DNA of 57,039 bases from Planctomycetota bacterium (GTDB lineage: Bacteria; Planctomycetota; UBA11346). The first letter of the stretch is position 1. Each line of letters begins with the position of its first letter. Below the pieces are notes generated by a model, which was not told the origin of the DNA, did no database searches, and saw only the letters and a program-made list of their open reading frames with translations. The stretch is from the NCBI GenBank assembly GCA_038231435.1, contig JBBRLJ010000033.1, positions 1 to 57,039 on the forward strand, read 5' to 3'. Made by a program: the position numbers and the translations under genes. Below are positions 8,139-18,325 of this stretch, one piece after another.

Positions 8139-9421
8139 TCTCGTACGCCGAGGCGGTGGCGGCGATCGCCGGACTGGCGCCCTCCACGCGCGATGAGCGC
8201 GTGCCGATCCATGACGCCCAGGGCCGCATCCTGGCCGAGGATGTCCGGCTGGCGGGTGATCAGCCACCGTTCGACCGCTCGACCATGGATGGCTACGCCG
8301 TGGTCCTCGGAGCCGGCGGGGACCGCTTCCAGGTCGTCGCCACCGTCGCCGCCGGAACCACCTACGCCGGCGAGCTGCGCCCCGGCCAGGCGGTGCGCAT
8401 CATGACCGGCGCGCCCTGTCCAGGCGGCGCCACGGTGGTGCCCATCGAGGCTACTGACGGCGGCGAGCGCGAGGTCCGCGTCACCGACCCACGGGCTCTG
8501 ACCCCTCGGCGCAACATCGCGATTCGTGGCGAGGACGGCCGCGCCGGCGCGACCGTCCTCGCGCGCGGCACGCGCCTCGGCCCCGTGACCGTCGCCGTGG
8601 CCGCCATGGCTGGCCTGCGCGCGCTCACCGTCCGCGCCCGACCGCGCGTGGCCTTCGTCACCACCGGCGATGAGGTGGCACGCTCGGCGAACGGTCAGGA
8701 CGACGTCCGTGGCGCGGGAGCGCCGTCCGCTGCCGAGAGCAGCGAGAGCGCCGAGATCGCCGACTCCAACGGCCCATTCCTATCGGCGTTCTGCTCGGCA
8801 TGGGGTCTGCCGTCCGTGCATGCGCACGCGGCCGACGACGCGCTGTCCCTGCGCGTCGCCCTAGAGGATGCGTGCGCCGCTGCGGACATCGTCGTCACCA
8901 CCGGCGGCGTCAGCGCGGGCGACAAGGATCTGGTTCCCCCCACCGCGTCCGCGCTCGGCTTCACCACCGTCTTCCATCACGTGGCGATGCAGCCGGGCAA
9001 ACCGGTATTCCTGGCGCGCCGCGACGGCTGCGTGCTGGTGGGCCTGCCCGGCAACCCGGTGAGCGTGGTTGCGACCGCGCATCTGGTGCTCGGGCCGGTG
9101 ATCGCACGCCTCGGCGGCGGAGCCTCCTCCGCCTGGCGGGGGCTACCGTTGGCCATGCCATGGAAGCACACCGGCAAGCGCCAGCTCTTCCTGCCCGCGC
9201 GACTCGTCCGCGATGCGGGCATTTCTGCTGATGGCGGCGAGCGCATCGAGCCGATCCGCTGGAACGGCAGCGGTGACCTCATCGCGGCCGCCGCGGGCGA
9301 TGGCCTGATCGATCTCGCACCCGGTTTCGAGGCCCAGGCGGGCCACGTGGTGCGATTCCTGCCGTACGTCGGCATGGCGGCGGGCCAATGGGGCCTGATG
9401 CCCGGACGAGCGCCCGCCTGA
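8135..9421 (+). CDS. moeA: Molybdopterin molybdotransferase MoeA
   Basis: 'PPFDRSTMDGYA', 'RIMTGAP', 'TTGGVSAGDKD', 'QPGKP', 'LPGNPVS'. Confidence 0.96.
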   Translation: MISYAEAVAAIAGLAPSTRDERVPIHDAQGRILAEDVRLAGDQPPFDRSTMDGYAVVLGAGGDRFQVVATVAAGTTYAGELRPGQAVRIMTGAPCPGGATVVPIEATDGGEREVRVTDPRALTPRRNIAIRGEDGRAGATVLARGTRLGPVTVAVAAMAGLRALTVRARPRVAFVTTGDEVARSANGQDDVRGAGAPSAAESSESAEIADSNGPFLSAFCSAWGLPSVHAHAADDALSLRVALEDACAAADIVVTTGGVSAGDKDLVPPTASALGFTTVFHHVAMQPGKPVFLARRDGCVLVGLPGNPVSVVATAHLVLGPVIARLGGGASSAWRGLPLAMPWKHTGKRQLFLPARLVRDAGISADGGERIEPIRWNGSGDLIAAAAGDGLIDLAPGFEAQAGHVVRFLPYVGMAAGQWGLMPGRAPA

Positions 9422-9515
9422 GCTGGTCAGGCCATCATGCCGATGGTCTGTCAACCTCCGCCCTGCCGATCGTCATGCCGACCGTCATGCCGACCGTCGT
9501 GCGCCCTTATCGATC

Positions 9516-11837
9516 TCAGGCTGAATGCGGCCTGCGCTGCGGATGCGCCGCCACCCTCGGTTCGTCGGTGGCGGGATCATGCCTGAGGGTCAATGCCTGG
9601 CCTGGCCTGGTATCGAGGTGCAGGATCTCACCGCTGCAGGGAACGCCATCGAGCAGGAAGTGCTCGCCCAGGCCGTGCTCGATCACCAGCGCGCCACCCT
9701 TGGTGCAGACCACGCGGATCTCGACCAGCCGCCGGCGCCGGGCGGTCGCACCGATGGTGAAGGCACCCTCGACCAGCACGCCGTCGAAATCCAGCGTCGC
9801 CCACTTCTCGGGCAGCGACGGTAGCACCACGATGCGATCGCCGCGGCACTGCACCAGCAACTCGAGGATGGCGGTGACCGCCCCGAAGGTGGCGTCCATC
9901 TGCATCATCTCGTTGTGTACTGGCCGCAGGCCATGCAGCACCGTGCGGTTGGAGAGCATCACCGACGTGCCCGGAGCATCGGCGTTGTGCAGGGTACCAT
10001 GCCCGAGATTGGTGAACACGTCCTTCATCCAGTGCAGCCAGGCCACCGCCGCATCGCCGCTATCGAGCCGGGCGCAAATGATCGCCGCCCATGGCACGCA
10101 CCAGCCCGACCACATGCCTGCGCCGGTGCGCACCCAGTGATCGATGGAATGGCGCACCGCTTCCTGGTGCGGCACGTCCGAGGGCTCGATGGTGCGGAAC
10201 GGATAGATGGCGGCGAGATGGCTGTGGTGGCGATGGCTCTCCTCGAGGTCGGTGCCCTCCCACAGGCCGATGCGTCTGATGGCGGTGCGGTGGTGCCAAT
10301 CGCCCTTGCCCCCGACCAGGGTGTAGGGCGGCAGTTCGGCGCGCACCCGGCCCCAGCGCGGGTCCTCGGGATACCCGAGCAGCGCCGCGGCGCGCGGCAG
10401 CGCGCGGGCCACGGCGTGCAGCGCAGCGAGCTGGAAGCTCGCGTCGCGGCCCCAGGCATCGATGTTGTCGCCGCGATATTCGGGACTGACCGAGACCGGC
10501 AGCGAGAGCCGGCGCTTGCCGTCCGTCTCGAGCTCCTCGAGCATCGCCCAGTAGCCGTTGAAGGCGCCGACCAAGAGCGGCCAGGCGATGTCGCGCGCGA
10601 CCCGCAGCTCGAGCCCGTGGCGGTAGTGCGACCACGCCAGCAGAGCCATCCAGGCGGTGCAGCCGTGGTCGATCATGCCCGTCCAGTACGAGCCGACGGC
10701 GGCGCACCGGTCATCGACCGCGTGCGGCAGCATCAGCGCGTCCTTGGCGCCGAAGAAGTGCTCGGCATTCTCGCGCAGGCGCGGCATCCAGCCTGCGATC
10801 ATCTCCCACAGCGGCTCCAGATGTGCGAGCCGGTTGGTGCCCAGGCATGGCCAGTACACCATCTGCACATTGATGTTGAAATGGTAGTCGTTGGACCACG
10901 GCGGCAGCTGGTACTCCTCCATCCACGGGCCTTGGAGCGTCGCCGCCACGCCGCCGGGCGTGGTCATGCCCGCCTGCTTGTAGACACCGTAGTCCCACAG
11001 GTGCTGGATGCCCGCGTCGGGCACGCGCACACGCGGGACGTCGTGCCAGTAGTCGGCCCACCATTCGTCGGCGCGGCCCGCGAATACGCCGACCTCGGCG
11101 GCGCGCGCCAGGGCGACGGCGCGCTGCTCGGTATCCGTTCCGAGCGCGGTCGCGACGACGATGCGGTGACCGTGCTTCTCCCATGCCAGGGCCAACGGCT
11201 GATCCTCGGGAAGCTCCTGGATGAAGCCCCCGCCCCGCGGCGAATCGAAGTGCCGCGGCGGCGAGACGCCGACTTTCTCGAGTTGGCGGGAGACGTGATG
11301 CCAAGTGGGGAAGATCTCGACGGCCACTCCACCAAGCTCGGCGTCGTCGCAATCGAGCCATGCCATCTCGGCGTCCATAGCCTGGCGGATGGTGACGCCA
11401 GCGGTGGCCCCCGCCTGGTTCTCGAAGGTGACGCGCAGCGTGCCGGTGGCCGTGGCCAATTCGGCGCGCGACGGCCGGAAGCCCTTGCCGACGACCAGTT
11501 CGATGCGTCCACCGCCGAGCTGCTGCGGATGCTCGGGAATGCCGTCCCGGCGTTCATCGCGCGCGAACACCTTGCGGATGCCGGCCTCGTCGTGCGACTC
11601 GAGCAGCCGGCGCACCTCGGCGTAGGTGGTACGCGAGGCGAAGAGGTTGCCGCCGCGGTGATCCCAGAAGCCGGCGCGGCTGACGGTGATGCACAGCCGC
11701 GCATCTCCCCACACCATCAGGCCCTGGACGCCATTACCGATGAGCACGCCACAGTGGGTACGCGGCAGGGGGAATTCCCAGGTCAGGATTGGCGGCGCTG
11801 ACGTCGGGGACGAGGTCGGGTGCGGGGCGTCGGGCAT
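9516..11837 (-). CDS. Glycoside hydrolase, GH95 (alpha-L-fucosidase-like) fold
   Basis: 'LQGPW...PPWSNDYHFNINVQMVYWP', 'SVSPE', 'HRHHSHL', 'QMDATFG', 'VLPSLP..W'. Confidence 0.8.
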   Translation of the reverse strand: MPDAPHPTSSPTSAPPILTWEFPLPRTHCGVLIGNGVQGLMVWGDARLCITVSRAGFWDHRGGNLFASRTTYAEVRRLLESHDEAGIRKVFARDERRDGIPEHPQQLGGGRIELVVGKGFRPSRAELATATGTLRVTFENQAGATAGVTIRQAMDAEMAWLDCDDAELGGVAVEIFPTWHHVSRQLEKVGVSPPRHFDSPRGGGFIQELPEDQPLALAWEKHGHRIVVATALGTDTEQRAVALARAAEVGVFAGRADEWWADYWHDVPRVRVPDAGIQHLWDYGVYKQAGMTTPGGVAATLQGPWMEEYQLPPWSNDYHFNINVQMVYWPCLGTNRLAHLEPLWEMIAGWMPRLRENAEHFFGAKDALMLPHAVDDRCAAVGSYWTGMIDHGCTAWMALLAWSHYRHGLELRVARDIAWPLLVGAFNGYWAMLEELETDGKRRLSLPVSVSPEYRGDNIDAWGRDASFQLAALHAVARALPRAAALLGYPEDPRWGRVRAELPPYTLVGGKGDWHHRTAIRRIGLWEGTDLEESHRHHSHLAAIYPFRTIEPSDVPHQEAVRHSIDHWVRTGAGMWSGWCVPWAAIICARLDSGDAAVAWLHWMKDVFTNLGHGTLHNADAPGTSVMLSNRTVLHGLRPVHNEMMQMDATFGAVTAILELLVQCRGDRIVVLPSLPEKWATLDFDGVLVEGAFTIGATARRRRLVEIRVVCTKGGALVIEHGLGEHFLLDGVPCSGEILHLDTRPGQALTLRHDPATDEPRVAAHPQRRPHSA

Positions 11838-12016
11838 GACGCCGAGCATGCGCCGAGCGCGATGATGGCAATGCGGCGAAGCACCAGGCCGGGACACAGC
11901 GTGATGCCGCGAGATACACGCCGGACCCACGACCGGCATACGGAAACCGCTGTCAGCCAGGCCAGGGCTCGGCTGTCCGCGCAGCGTTATGCCGCATTGC
12001 GCTACGCCGCACTCCG

Positions 12017-13147
12017 TTACGCAGGAACCTCGAATCTGGGAATGTCGGATGAATTTCCCGGCGCGGGCGCCACGCCCGCGCTCCAGGGCGCCCGCGCGGG
12101 GGCGACGCGGCCCCCGACCAGCAGCGCGTACAGGCGAGGCACGTACACGCGCATCACCCAGGCGACGATGGCGAGACCGACGATCATCGCCGTCCCCGTG
12201 CCGAGCCAGATCGCGAACAGGGCGGCGCTGCCGTTGCCAGCGACCTCGATGAGGATCTTGCGGGTGATGGTCAGTAGCGGCTCGTGGCCCATGTAGATGA
12301 ACAGCGCGTAATCCGCCATCGCAAGCAGCGTCGGGCCGCGCAGCCAGCCGGCCAGGTCGTCGTACACCAGCCACAGCGCCGGCAGGCCGATGAGCACCGC
12401 GGTGTTCATGATCCACTGCGATTCCTGGAAGCGCGTGTCGACCCACCAGCAGTGGTAGGCCATCAGGGCGAGCGCGACGCCGAGCATGCCCCAGCGCAGC
12501 GGTTTGGGCACCGCGGGGATCGTCGGCTGGCGCACCGCGAGCGCGACGCCCGCGCCGAAGAACAGTAGGTCCTGGGCCTCGCGCAGCTCGATCGAGGGCA
12601 CGGAATAGTACAGGGCCGCGGCGCCTGCGAAGTAGAGCACCATGCTCCAGTTCCGCTTCATGGCGGCCACCACCAGCGGCGAGAGCAGGGTGAGCAGGAA
12701 GAGGTCGCGCATGTACCACAGCGGATGCGGGATCGGATCGAAGGTCATCAAGTCGAGGACGTGCGGCACGTCGGCCAATACGATGTGGTCGCGGCCGAAG
12801 TACGGGGACAGGGATGGGATCTTCTGCAGCATCCACATCACCAGCAGCCACCCCGCGCTCCAGATCAGGAACGGCACCAGCAGCGAGCCCACGCGCTTCC
12901 CGACCTCCTTGGGCCAAGCCGCCAGGAAACCGGCGCGCGCGCAGAGGAAGTATCCGGAGGCGATGAAGAAGAACGGCACCGACAGGCCGCGCAGCCCGTA
13001 ATGGAAGAAGGACTCGCTGTAGCGCACCCAGCCCGCGGCCGGCGCGTCGGCGAACTGGAGGTTGTGCGCGTGATGGAAGACCACGGCCACGGTCAGGATC
13101 AAGCCGATGATCTTGATCTTGTCGCTGGTGTACGCGCTGATCGCCAT
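12017..13147 (-). CDS. Acyltransferase family 3 membrane protein
   Basis: 'VVFHH', 'VPFFFIASGY', 'KRVGSLLVPFLIWS', 'LWYMRDL', 'IYMGH'; about 10 hydrophobic segments. Confidence 0.88.
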   Translation of the reverse strand: MAISAYTSDKIKIIGLILTVAVVFHHAHNLQFADAPAAGWVRYSESFFHYGLRGLSVPFFFIASGYFLCARAGFLAAWPKEVGKRVGSLLVPFLIWSAGWLLVMWMLQKIPSLSPYFGRDHIVLADVPHVLDLMTFDPIPHPLWYMRDLFLLTLLSPLVVAAMKRNWSMVLYFAGAAALYYSVPSIELREAQDLLFFGAGVALAVRQPTIPAVPKPLRWGMLGVALALMAYHCWWVDTRFQESQWIMNTAVLIGLPALWLVYDDLAGWLRGPTLLAMADYALFIYMGHEPLLTITRKILIEVAGNGSAALFAIWLGTGTAMIVGLAIVAWVMRVYVPRLYALLVGGRVAPARAPWSAGVAPAPGNSSDIPRFEVPA

Positions 13148-13472
13148 GGCTTGTCCCCTACCCGTACGCCCAAACCCAAAGCGGCGACGCGGTGATCCGG
13201 GGATTCTAGCTAGCGGAACATTCAGGACCAAGTCCGATGGACCATGTTCTCCACACGGCGGACGGGCGGAGCATCGCGGCCCGACCGGAGCCGGGGCGGA
13301 AACGCAGCCGCACGGAGATCCATCGGGAAAAGTCAGGGCGGCATCGACCCCAGCTGACGCCAGCTACGTGCCACCGCCATCCGGTGATGTCGCGGCCTGC
13401 GATGGATCGCCAGAAGACGGATCGTCCGGGGAAGATTGACTCGGCTCGCGGTCGACGACCGGCCGTGGCGCT

Positions 13473-16175
13473 CTACCGTTCGACGACCAGATAGATGGCG
13501 TTCCTCGGCAGGACGATGGTGGAACCCTTGGCCTCGACCGGCTTCAGGGCGTAGCCGTTCTCGTCGAGCTGGGTGACCTTCGCGAACGGGGCCTTGAAGG
13601 ACACGGTGGCGTCGACCTCGCGCAGATTCAGCGGCGCGCCGCCCATGTCGGTCACCTTGTACTCCTTGGCGTCGAGGTCCCCTTCCTTGGCCACAGCGAA
13701 TTTCCAACCGTAGGCCTTCTCCTCGGTGAACGCCTGGACCAGGATCTTCCTCGAGGTCGCGAGCGGGAGGTCGTCGAGGCTGATGACGTGGACAGTGCCG
13801 TACTCGTTGCGGGATTCGATGGTCACGTCGCCCAGCCGATACGTCCCGACCTTGGCGAGGAAGCCGCAAACTCCCTGGCTTTTTGCCGTATCCACCGTCG
13901 AGACGCCGTTGCCCCAGTCGAACAGGGTCTCGCCGGTGATCGAGCGCGCGGTCTTCTTGTCTCGATCGATGTACCTCGAGAGATCCTCCGCCTTCGGCAC
14001 GTCGCCCTTGGCGATCTTCGCGGCTGGAGCCACCGTGCGCGTGACCTTGCCGACGAACGGCGCCATGGGATCGACCGCGCCGTTCGCGTCCGGCGGCCCG
14101 GCCTGGCGCGCGGCAGCATCGGAATTCGAGCCGAACTTGGTGCAGCCATCGAGCGCGAACTGGCTCTCGAGCGTCAGCACCTGGTGCACCACCGCCGGCG
14201 CCTCCTTGACGTCGCCGCGGCGGAACTGGAGCGCGTAGGCCGGCGACTGCTCGACGACCGACGGCACCATTACCGGGATGTTTGAGGTGATCGGATCCCA
14301 ATACGAACTACCGACGCAGAAGAAGTACCACGCGTCCATGCCCTGCAGCGCGCCGTAGGTGCTGCAGAGGTATGCCATCTCGGCGGTGCGCGGGTTCGGC
14401 TTGAACCAGTTGATCTCGGTCTGGGTATGCGGGAAGCCCTCCTCCTGGATGAAGGGAATGCAGGAATGATTCGGCGAATACATCGCCGTCTGCATCCGGA
14501 AGGTCGACCCCACGGCGGTATCGCCGTGGCCGAAGTACCCATGGCGGTCGATGATGTCGCACGCCTGGTAGGTCCAGCGTTCGATGCCGTCGAGCAGGCG
14601 ATCGTCGGCGGTGCACCAGCCGGTCGCGGTCATCAGGCCGCCGTAACCGAGCTCCTTCTTGAAGTAGTCGCGGCCCTCAGCGAACCAGTCGCGTTGCAGT
14701 TCGGCCAGGAACTGCACTTGGTTCTGCATGCGCTTCTTCTTGTCCGGGCCGAACTTGAGGGCGCCATCGGAAGTCATGCTCCACGCCGCCATGACCTCGG
14801 CGGTCCCCTCCGCGGCATTGTCGTGGGGATTCTTCTGCCCGGGGAAGTCGGCGAATGCCTTGTCGAGCGAGCCGTACTTCCTCGTGAGCCAGGTGCCGAA
14901 TTTCTTCTCGAGCTCGGACCAGTACTTGGGCGGGATGTTGTCGGGATTGAGCGTATGGAAGAACAGGTTGTCCTCGTTGTTGATCTCGGCGATCATCACC
15001 GCCGGATCCTTGGCCATCGGCAAACCATCGTAGGGATTCTTCGCCGTCATCATCGCCTTCGCCCAGGCGCGCCACATGTCCTGCATGCGCGGCTCGAAGA
15101 ACATCATCGCGAACGGCGGATGATGATCGCCCTTCAGGTTCTCGTATCCCTCCAGGCCGTGCCTGGTCTTGTCCTTGTCGCCGTAGCCGAGCACGTAGTA
15201 CCACGAGATGTCGCTGTAGATGCCCTGCTTCTTCAATGCGGCGATGCAATAGTGCAGCTCGTCGAGATATTTCACGTCGATCGCGAACGCGTCCGTCGCT
15301 TTGGGGTCGAATATGTTCTGGTGGAAACGCACCAGGTTGACGCCGGACTTGGCCATGCGCGCGGCCAGGTAGTCGATCTCCTCATGGCTCTGGCTGGTGG
15401 TGCCGCGCACCCAATTGACCGCCCAGAATCGCACCGGCTTGCCCTTTCCATCCACGAAATCATCGCCTTTGGCCTTCACCCAGCCGCTGTCGCCCGCGCT
15501 CTTCTCATTGAGATAACGCAGGTCGAGGATCGCCTCCTTGCCCGGACCATGGGTGAACTGGTCGAGATCGGGCTCGAAGGGGAACCAACCGTCGTCGTGC
15601 TTGCCGCTCTTCTCGCCCGGCTTGGCCTTGCCGGCGGGGACGAATGGTTTCGGGGTGAGCAGGAAGCAATCGAAGCACGCGGTCCCCTCGTCACCCTGCT
15701 TCACGTCGGTCAGCTGCAGTTCGAAGACGTGTGTGCCCTTGGTCAGCTTCACCTGTCCGAGATTGCACCAGTTGGCCTCGACGAATTTCGCGAGCGTGTA
15801 GCGATCGGCGAGGGCGATGCCGCGCGGGCACTGGGCCCATTCCTGGCTGTCGAAGCGCCACTTGAACGGGCCGTGCTGCCAGAACTTGCGCGCCCAGAAG
15901 CTGTAGGTGCCGTCCGCGGGGACCTCGACGTCGTAGGTCGCGAACAGGGGATCCGGTCCCTGCTTGGCGTTGTTGGCGAGCCAATCTCCGCCGCTCAGCC
16001 CGTCGCGAGTGGTCGGATAATCCTTCGCGGGGAAGCCGCCGTTGTTGAAGTTGGTCTTGGCTGGCGCCTCGCCTTCCCACCACGCGAAATCCTGGGCGCC
16101 GCGCGCCGATCCCGCGCATGCGAACAGCGCGCACGCGAGCACGGCCGAGGTAAGCAGGCTTGGGCGTTCGATCAT
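13473..16175 (-). CDS. Secreted glycoside hydrolase-like protein (N-terminal beta-sandwich plus clan-A TIM barrel)
   Basis: Signal peptide; 'VRFWAVN', 'GVNLVRFH', 'NPYDG...DPAV...EINNED' (NE acid/base motif), 'DRHGY'. Confidence 0.7.
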   Translation of the reverse strand: MIERPSLLTSAVLACALFACAGSARGAQDFAWWEGEAPAKTNFNNGGFPAKDYPTTRDGLSGGDWLANNAKQGPDPLFATYDVEVPADGTYSFWARKFWQHGPFKWRFDSQEWAQCPRGIALADRYTLAKFVEANWCNLGQVKLTKGTHVFELQLTDVKQGDEGTACFDCFLLTPKPFVPAGKAKPGEKSGKHDDGWFPFEPDLDQFTHGPGKEAILDLRYLNEKSAGDSGWVKAKGDDFVDGKGKPVRFWAVNWVRGTTSQSHEEIDYLAARMAKSGVNLVRFHQNIFDPKATDAFAIDVKYLDELHYCIAALKKQGIYSDISWYYVLGYGDKDKTRHGLEGYENLKGDHHPPFAMMFFEPRMQDMWRAWAKAMMTAKNPYDGLPMAKDPAVMIAEINNEDNLFFHTLNPDNIPPKYWSELEKKFGTWLTRKYGSLDKAFADFPGQKNPHDNAAEGTAEVMAAWSMTSDGALKFGPDKKKRMQNQVQFLAELQRDWFAEGRDYFKKELGYGGLMTATGWCTADDRLLDGIERWTYQACDIIDRHGYFGHGDTAVGSTFRMQTAMYSPNHSCIPFIQEEGFPHTQTEINWFKPNPRTAEMAYLCSTYGALQGMDAWYFFCVGSSYWDPITSNIPVMVPSVVEQSPAYALQFRRGDVKEAPAVVHQVLTLESQFALDGCTKFGSNSDAAARQAGPPDANGAVDPMAPFVGKVTRTVAPAAKIAKGDVPKAEDLSRYIDRDKKTARSITGETLFDWGNGVSTVDTAKSQGVCGFLAKVGTYRLGDVTIESRNEYGTVHVISLDDLPLATSRKILVQAFTEEKAYGWKFAVAKEGDLDAKEYKVTDMGGAPLNLREVDATVSFKAPFAKVTQLDENGYALKPVEAKGSTIVLPRNAIYLVVER

Positions 16176-16549
16176 GGAAGTTCCTCGGGGTGCTCGTCGG
16201 GGATGTTTGTCGGGGATGGTCAGGGACGCATGGCACTCGCGCGTCTGCCATCGGGAGTGGTGTCAGTCTAGAATGCCAGAACATCGCACCTGTGACGGAT
16301 TCACGGATTTCAGCGGCTGATGCGGCGATTATCGGCGCTTCTTCGAGCCTCGTCAATCTCCACCGCGCCGCCTTCGACGAGGTGTCCCATTCGTCGGCTT
16401 ATCACGAATTGTCACGAACGCGCGGAAGACGTCACCTTTTGTCCTGCCTCGGGCACGGCGGCATCACGCATGTGCTGGCGGCGGACTTTTTCACCACTCG
16501 TGCTCATCCGTGCGTTGGAATCGAGCCGGCATTACCGACCGCCGGGCGA

Positions 16550-16762
16550 TCAGGCGCGCGGGCGACGTCGGCGGCCGACATCCGAAAGCAGGACCAGCAG
16601 CTCCTCGAGCGTCTTCGCGATCCCTCGGTATCCGTCCACGTCCATCGGCTTGATCAGGAAAGCATCCGCCTTGCGCGCGAGGCAGAACGCCCGTCCCTCG
16701 GGATCATCAGTAGACGTGAGGATGGCCACGCGCAGATCCGCGAGGCGCTCGCGCCTCGAGAT
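16550..16762 (-). pseudogene. C-terminal remnant of a response-regulator receiver domain
   Basis: Translates as ...LADLRVAILTSTDDPEGRAFCLARKADAFLIKPMDVDGYRGIAKTLEELL...*. It has the conserved T/S and KP but lacks the N-terminal half with the phospho-acceptor Asp. In frame immediately after the FecR-gene TAA. Confidence 0.65.
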
Positions 16763-18193
16763 TTATCTTTCTGGACTTACGGGTGCCTGATTCGGGTTGG
16801 TATCTTGCGCTAGGTCGCGCAATGACTGCTGTTCGTGGATCTGGCGTACGAGCTCGTCCAGCACCGGTCCAGAGACCGCGTCTCGGCCTGTAGAATTCCC
16901 CGCGGACCCGGAGGACCTGGCGGCTCCCTGCCGTGCGGACGAGGCCAACGCACCTTTGGCCGCGGCTTTGATCGCCACCGCCGAATCCGGACTGAGCACC
17001 AGCGCTATCGCGATGATAGCGTCGGCCGCCGCTGGATTCGCGGAAATGGCCGCGGCGACGATGTCGGCCGCATGTTCAGGAGCTACGGTCAATGCCGCCA
17101 CGGTGAGATCGGTCGCGAGGTCGGGCTGGTTCGCCACCGCCGATGCCACCATTTCGCCGATCCGGCCCGGAGCCGCGGTGATCGCGGCGGACATGATGTC
17201 CACCGCATGATCCGGCGATGCGAACACCGCCTGGCCGACGATCTCGGACGCCGCCTCCGGCGATGATCCGATCACCGCGCCCACGAACAGCGCGGCATTT
17301 TCCGGATTCGCCAGCACTACCGCCGCGACAGCCTGGCCGCCGGCGATCGGGTCGGCGCGCGCCACGTCGGCCGCCAGCGCCGCGCCGGCGCCGAGATCCT
17401 CGGCCGCGGCCAAGACCACGAGCCTCTCGCTGATGTCGTCGCGATGCCAGCTGCGCTCGCCCAAATCGGCGGTTTCTCCGGCCTTTCCCGCAAAGGATGC
17501 GCCGCGCAAGCCACTGGTGAATTCACGGGTCTCGGCCGTGGTTCCGTGATTGAGCTGGGTTAGCAGGCTCTGACGCGAACCCACGGGCAGATCGATCTGC
17601 GGACGTTCCGACATCGATAGGATCGGGCCGAAACCCGCGCCGATCCACGACGACGCCTGGCGGGAATTCAGCGCCAGCCATTGTCTCACCGAGCGCGCAG
17701 CGGCCCTCGCCCCGACCGCGATGCTACCATGGACGAGCGCGGCGTACGATTCATCGCCCTTCACGTGCTCGACCACCAGCAGGGTGCCGACGATCCGCAC
17801 CGCCATTCCGCCTGATCGGATCTCGACATCGCTGTACCGCGCCTTGTCGGCGAGATCGATCTGCACCGCGCCGTGGTCGAGGACGATCACCAACTCGTGC
17901 GCTCCGTCGTGATCCTCGACGCTCAAGGACAACGAGGTTCCGGGCGCGAGCGACAGCACGCCAGAGGCCGGCGCACTGAGCTCGATGCGCGCCGGCTTGG
18001 TATCCTCGCTGGTCACCGCCTGGCCAGATGCCACCGACGTCCCGGAGTGGGCGACCGCCCCGGCCACCGAAACGCCGCCCGCGCGCCATGATGCCAGGGC
18101 CGCGTCAGCGGCCGCGAGTGGCGACAGTCCTGAGATGATGATGGCAGCCAGGGTGGCGACGACCGGGCCGCCCGAGGTGATGGAGGTGCGCAT
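16763..18193 (-). CDS. Exported FecR-like domain protein with Ala-rich 15-aa helical repeats
   Basis: Signal peptide; FecR-like pattern 'LDHGAV...VRIVGT...ALVHGSIAV'; C-terminal repeats of type 'P..A..IV.AA'. Confidence 0.65.
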   Translation of the reverse strand: MRTSITSGGPVVATLAAIIISGLSPLAAADAALASWRAGGVSVAGAVAHSGTSVASGQAVTSEDTKPARIELSAPASGVLSLAPGTSLSLSVEDHDGAHELVIVLDHGAVQIDLADKARYSDVEIRSGGMAVRIVGTLLVVEHVKGDESYAALVHGSIAVGARAAARSVRQWLALNSRQASSWIGAGFGPILSMSERPQIDLPVGSRQSLLTQLNHGTTAETREFTSGLRGASFAGKAGETADLGERSWHRDDISERLVVLAAAEDLGAGAALAADVARADPIAGGQAVAAVVLANPENAALFVGAVIGSSPEAASEIVGQAVFASPDHAVDIMSAAITAAPGRIGEMVASAVANQPDLATDLTVAALTVAPEHAADIVAAAISANPAAADAIIAIALVLSPDSAVAIKAAAKGALASSARQGAARSSGSAGNSTGRDAVSGPVLDELVRQIHEQQSLRDLAQDTNPNQAPVSPER

Positions 18194-18325
18194 GATTAGA
18201 GGTTACACCACATACAGGCGGTGGCGCCAGATCGACTCGTGGAGTCGCCGGCCCCGAGCGTGCCCGTTTGACGCTGGAAACGAGCAGATCGTGCTGCATC
18301 GGCCTGGATCGCTCCGCTCCAGGCC

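Noticed and set aside
9516..12917. 1,133-aa ORF suggesting a long N-terminal extension on the GH95-like protein
   Set aside because: The extension is an alternative frame over the acyltransferase gene and reads as low-complexity Arg/Gly/Pro sequence; the real start is near 11837.
16399..16418. 10-bp direct repeat TT(A/G)TCACGAA as an OmpR/PhoB-type box
   Set aside because: Only two units, no cognate regulator nearby and the target promoter is unclear; insufficient support.
16160..16813. 217-aa plus-strand ORF
   Set aside because: No recognisable features; its 3' part is the antisense of the receiver remnant.
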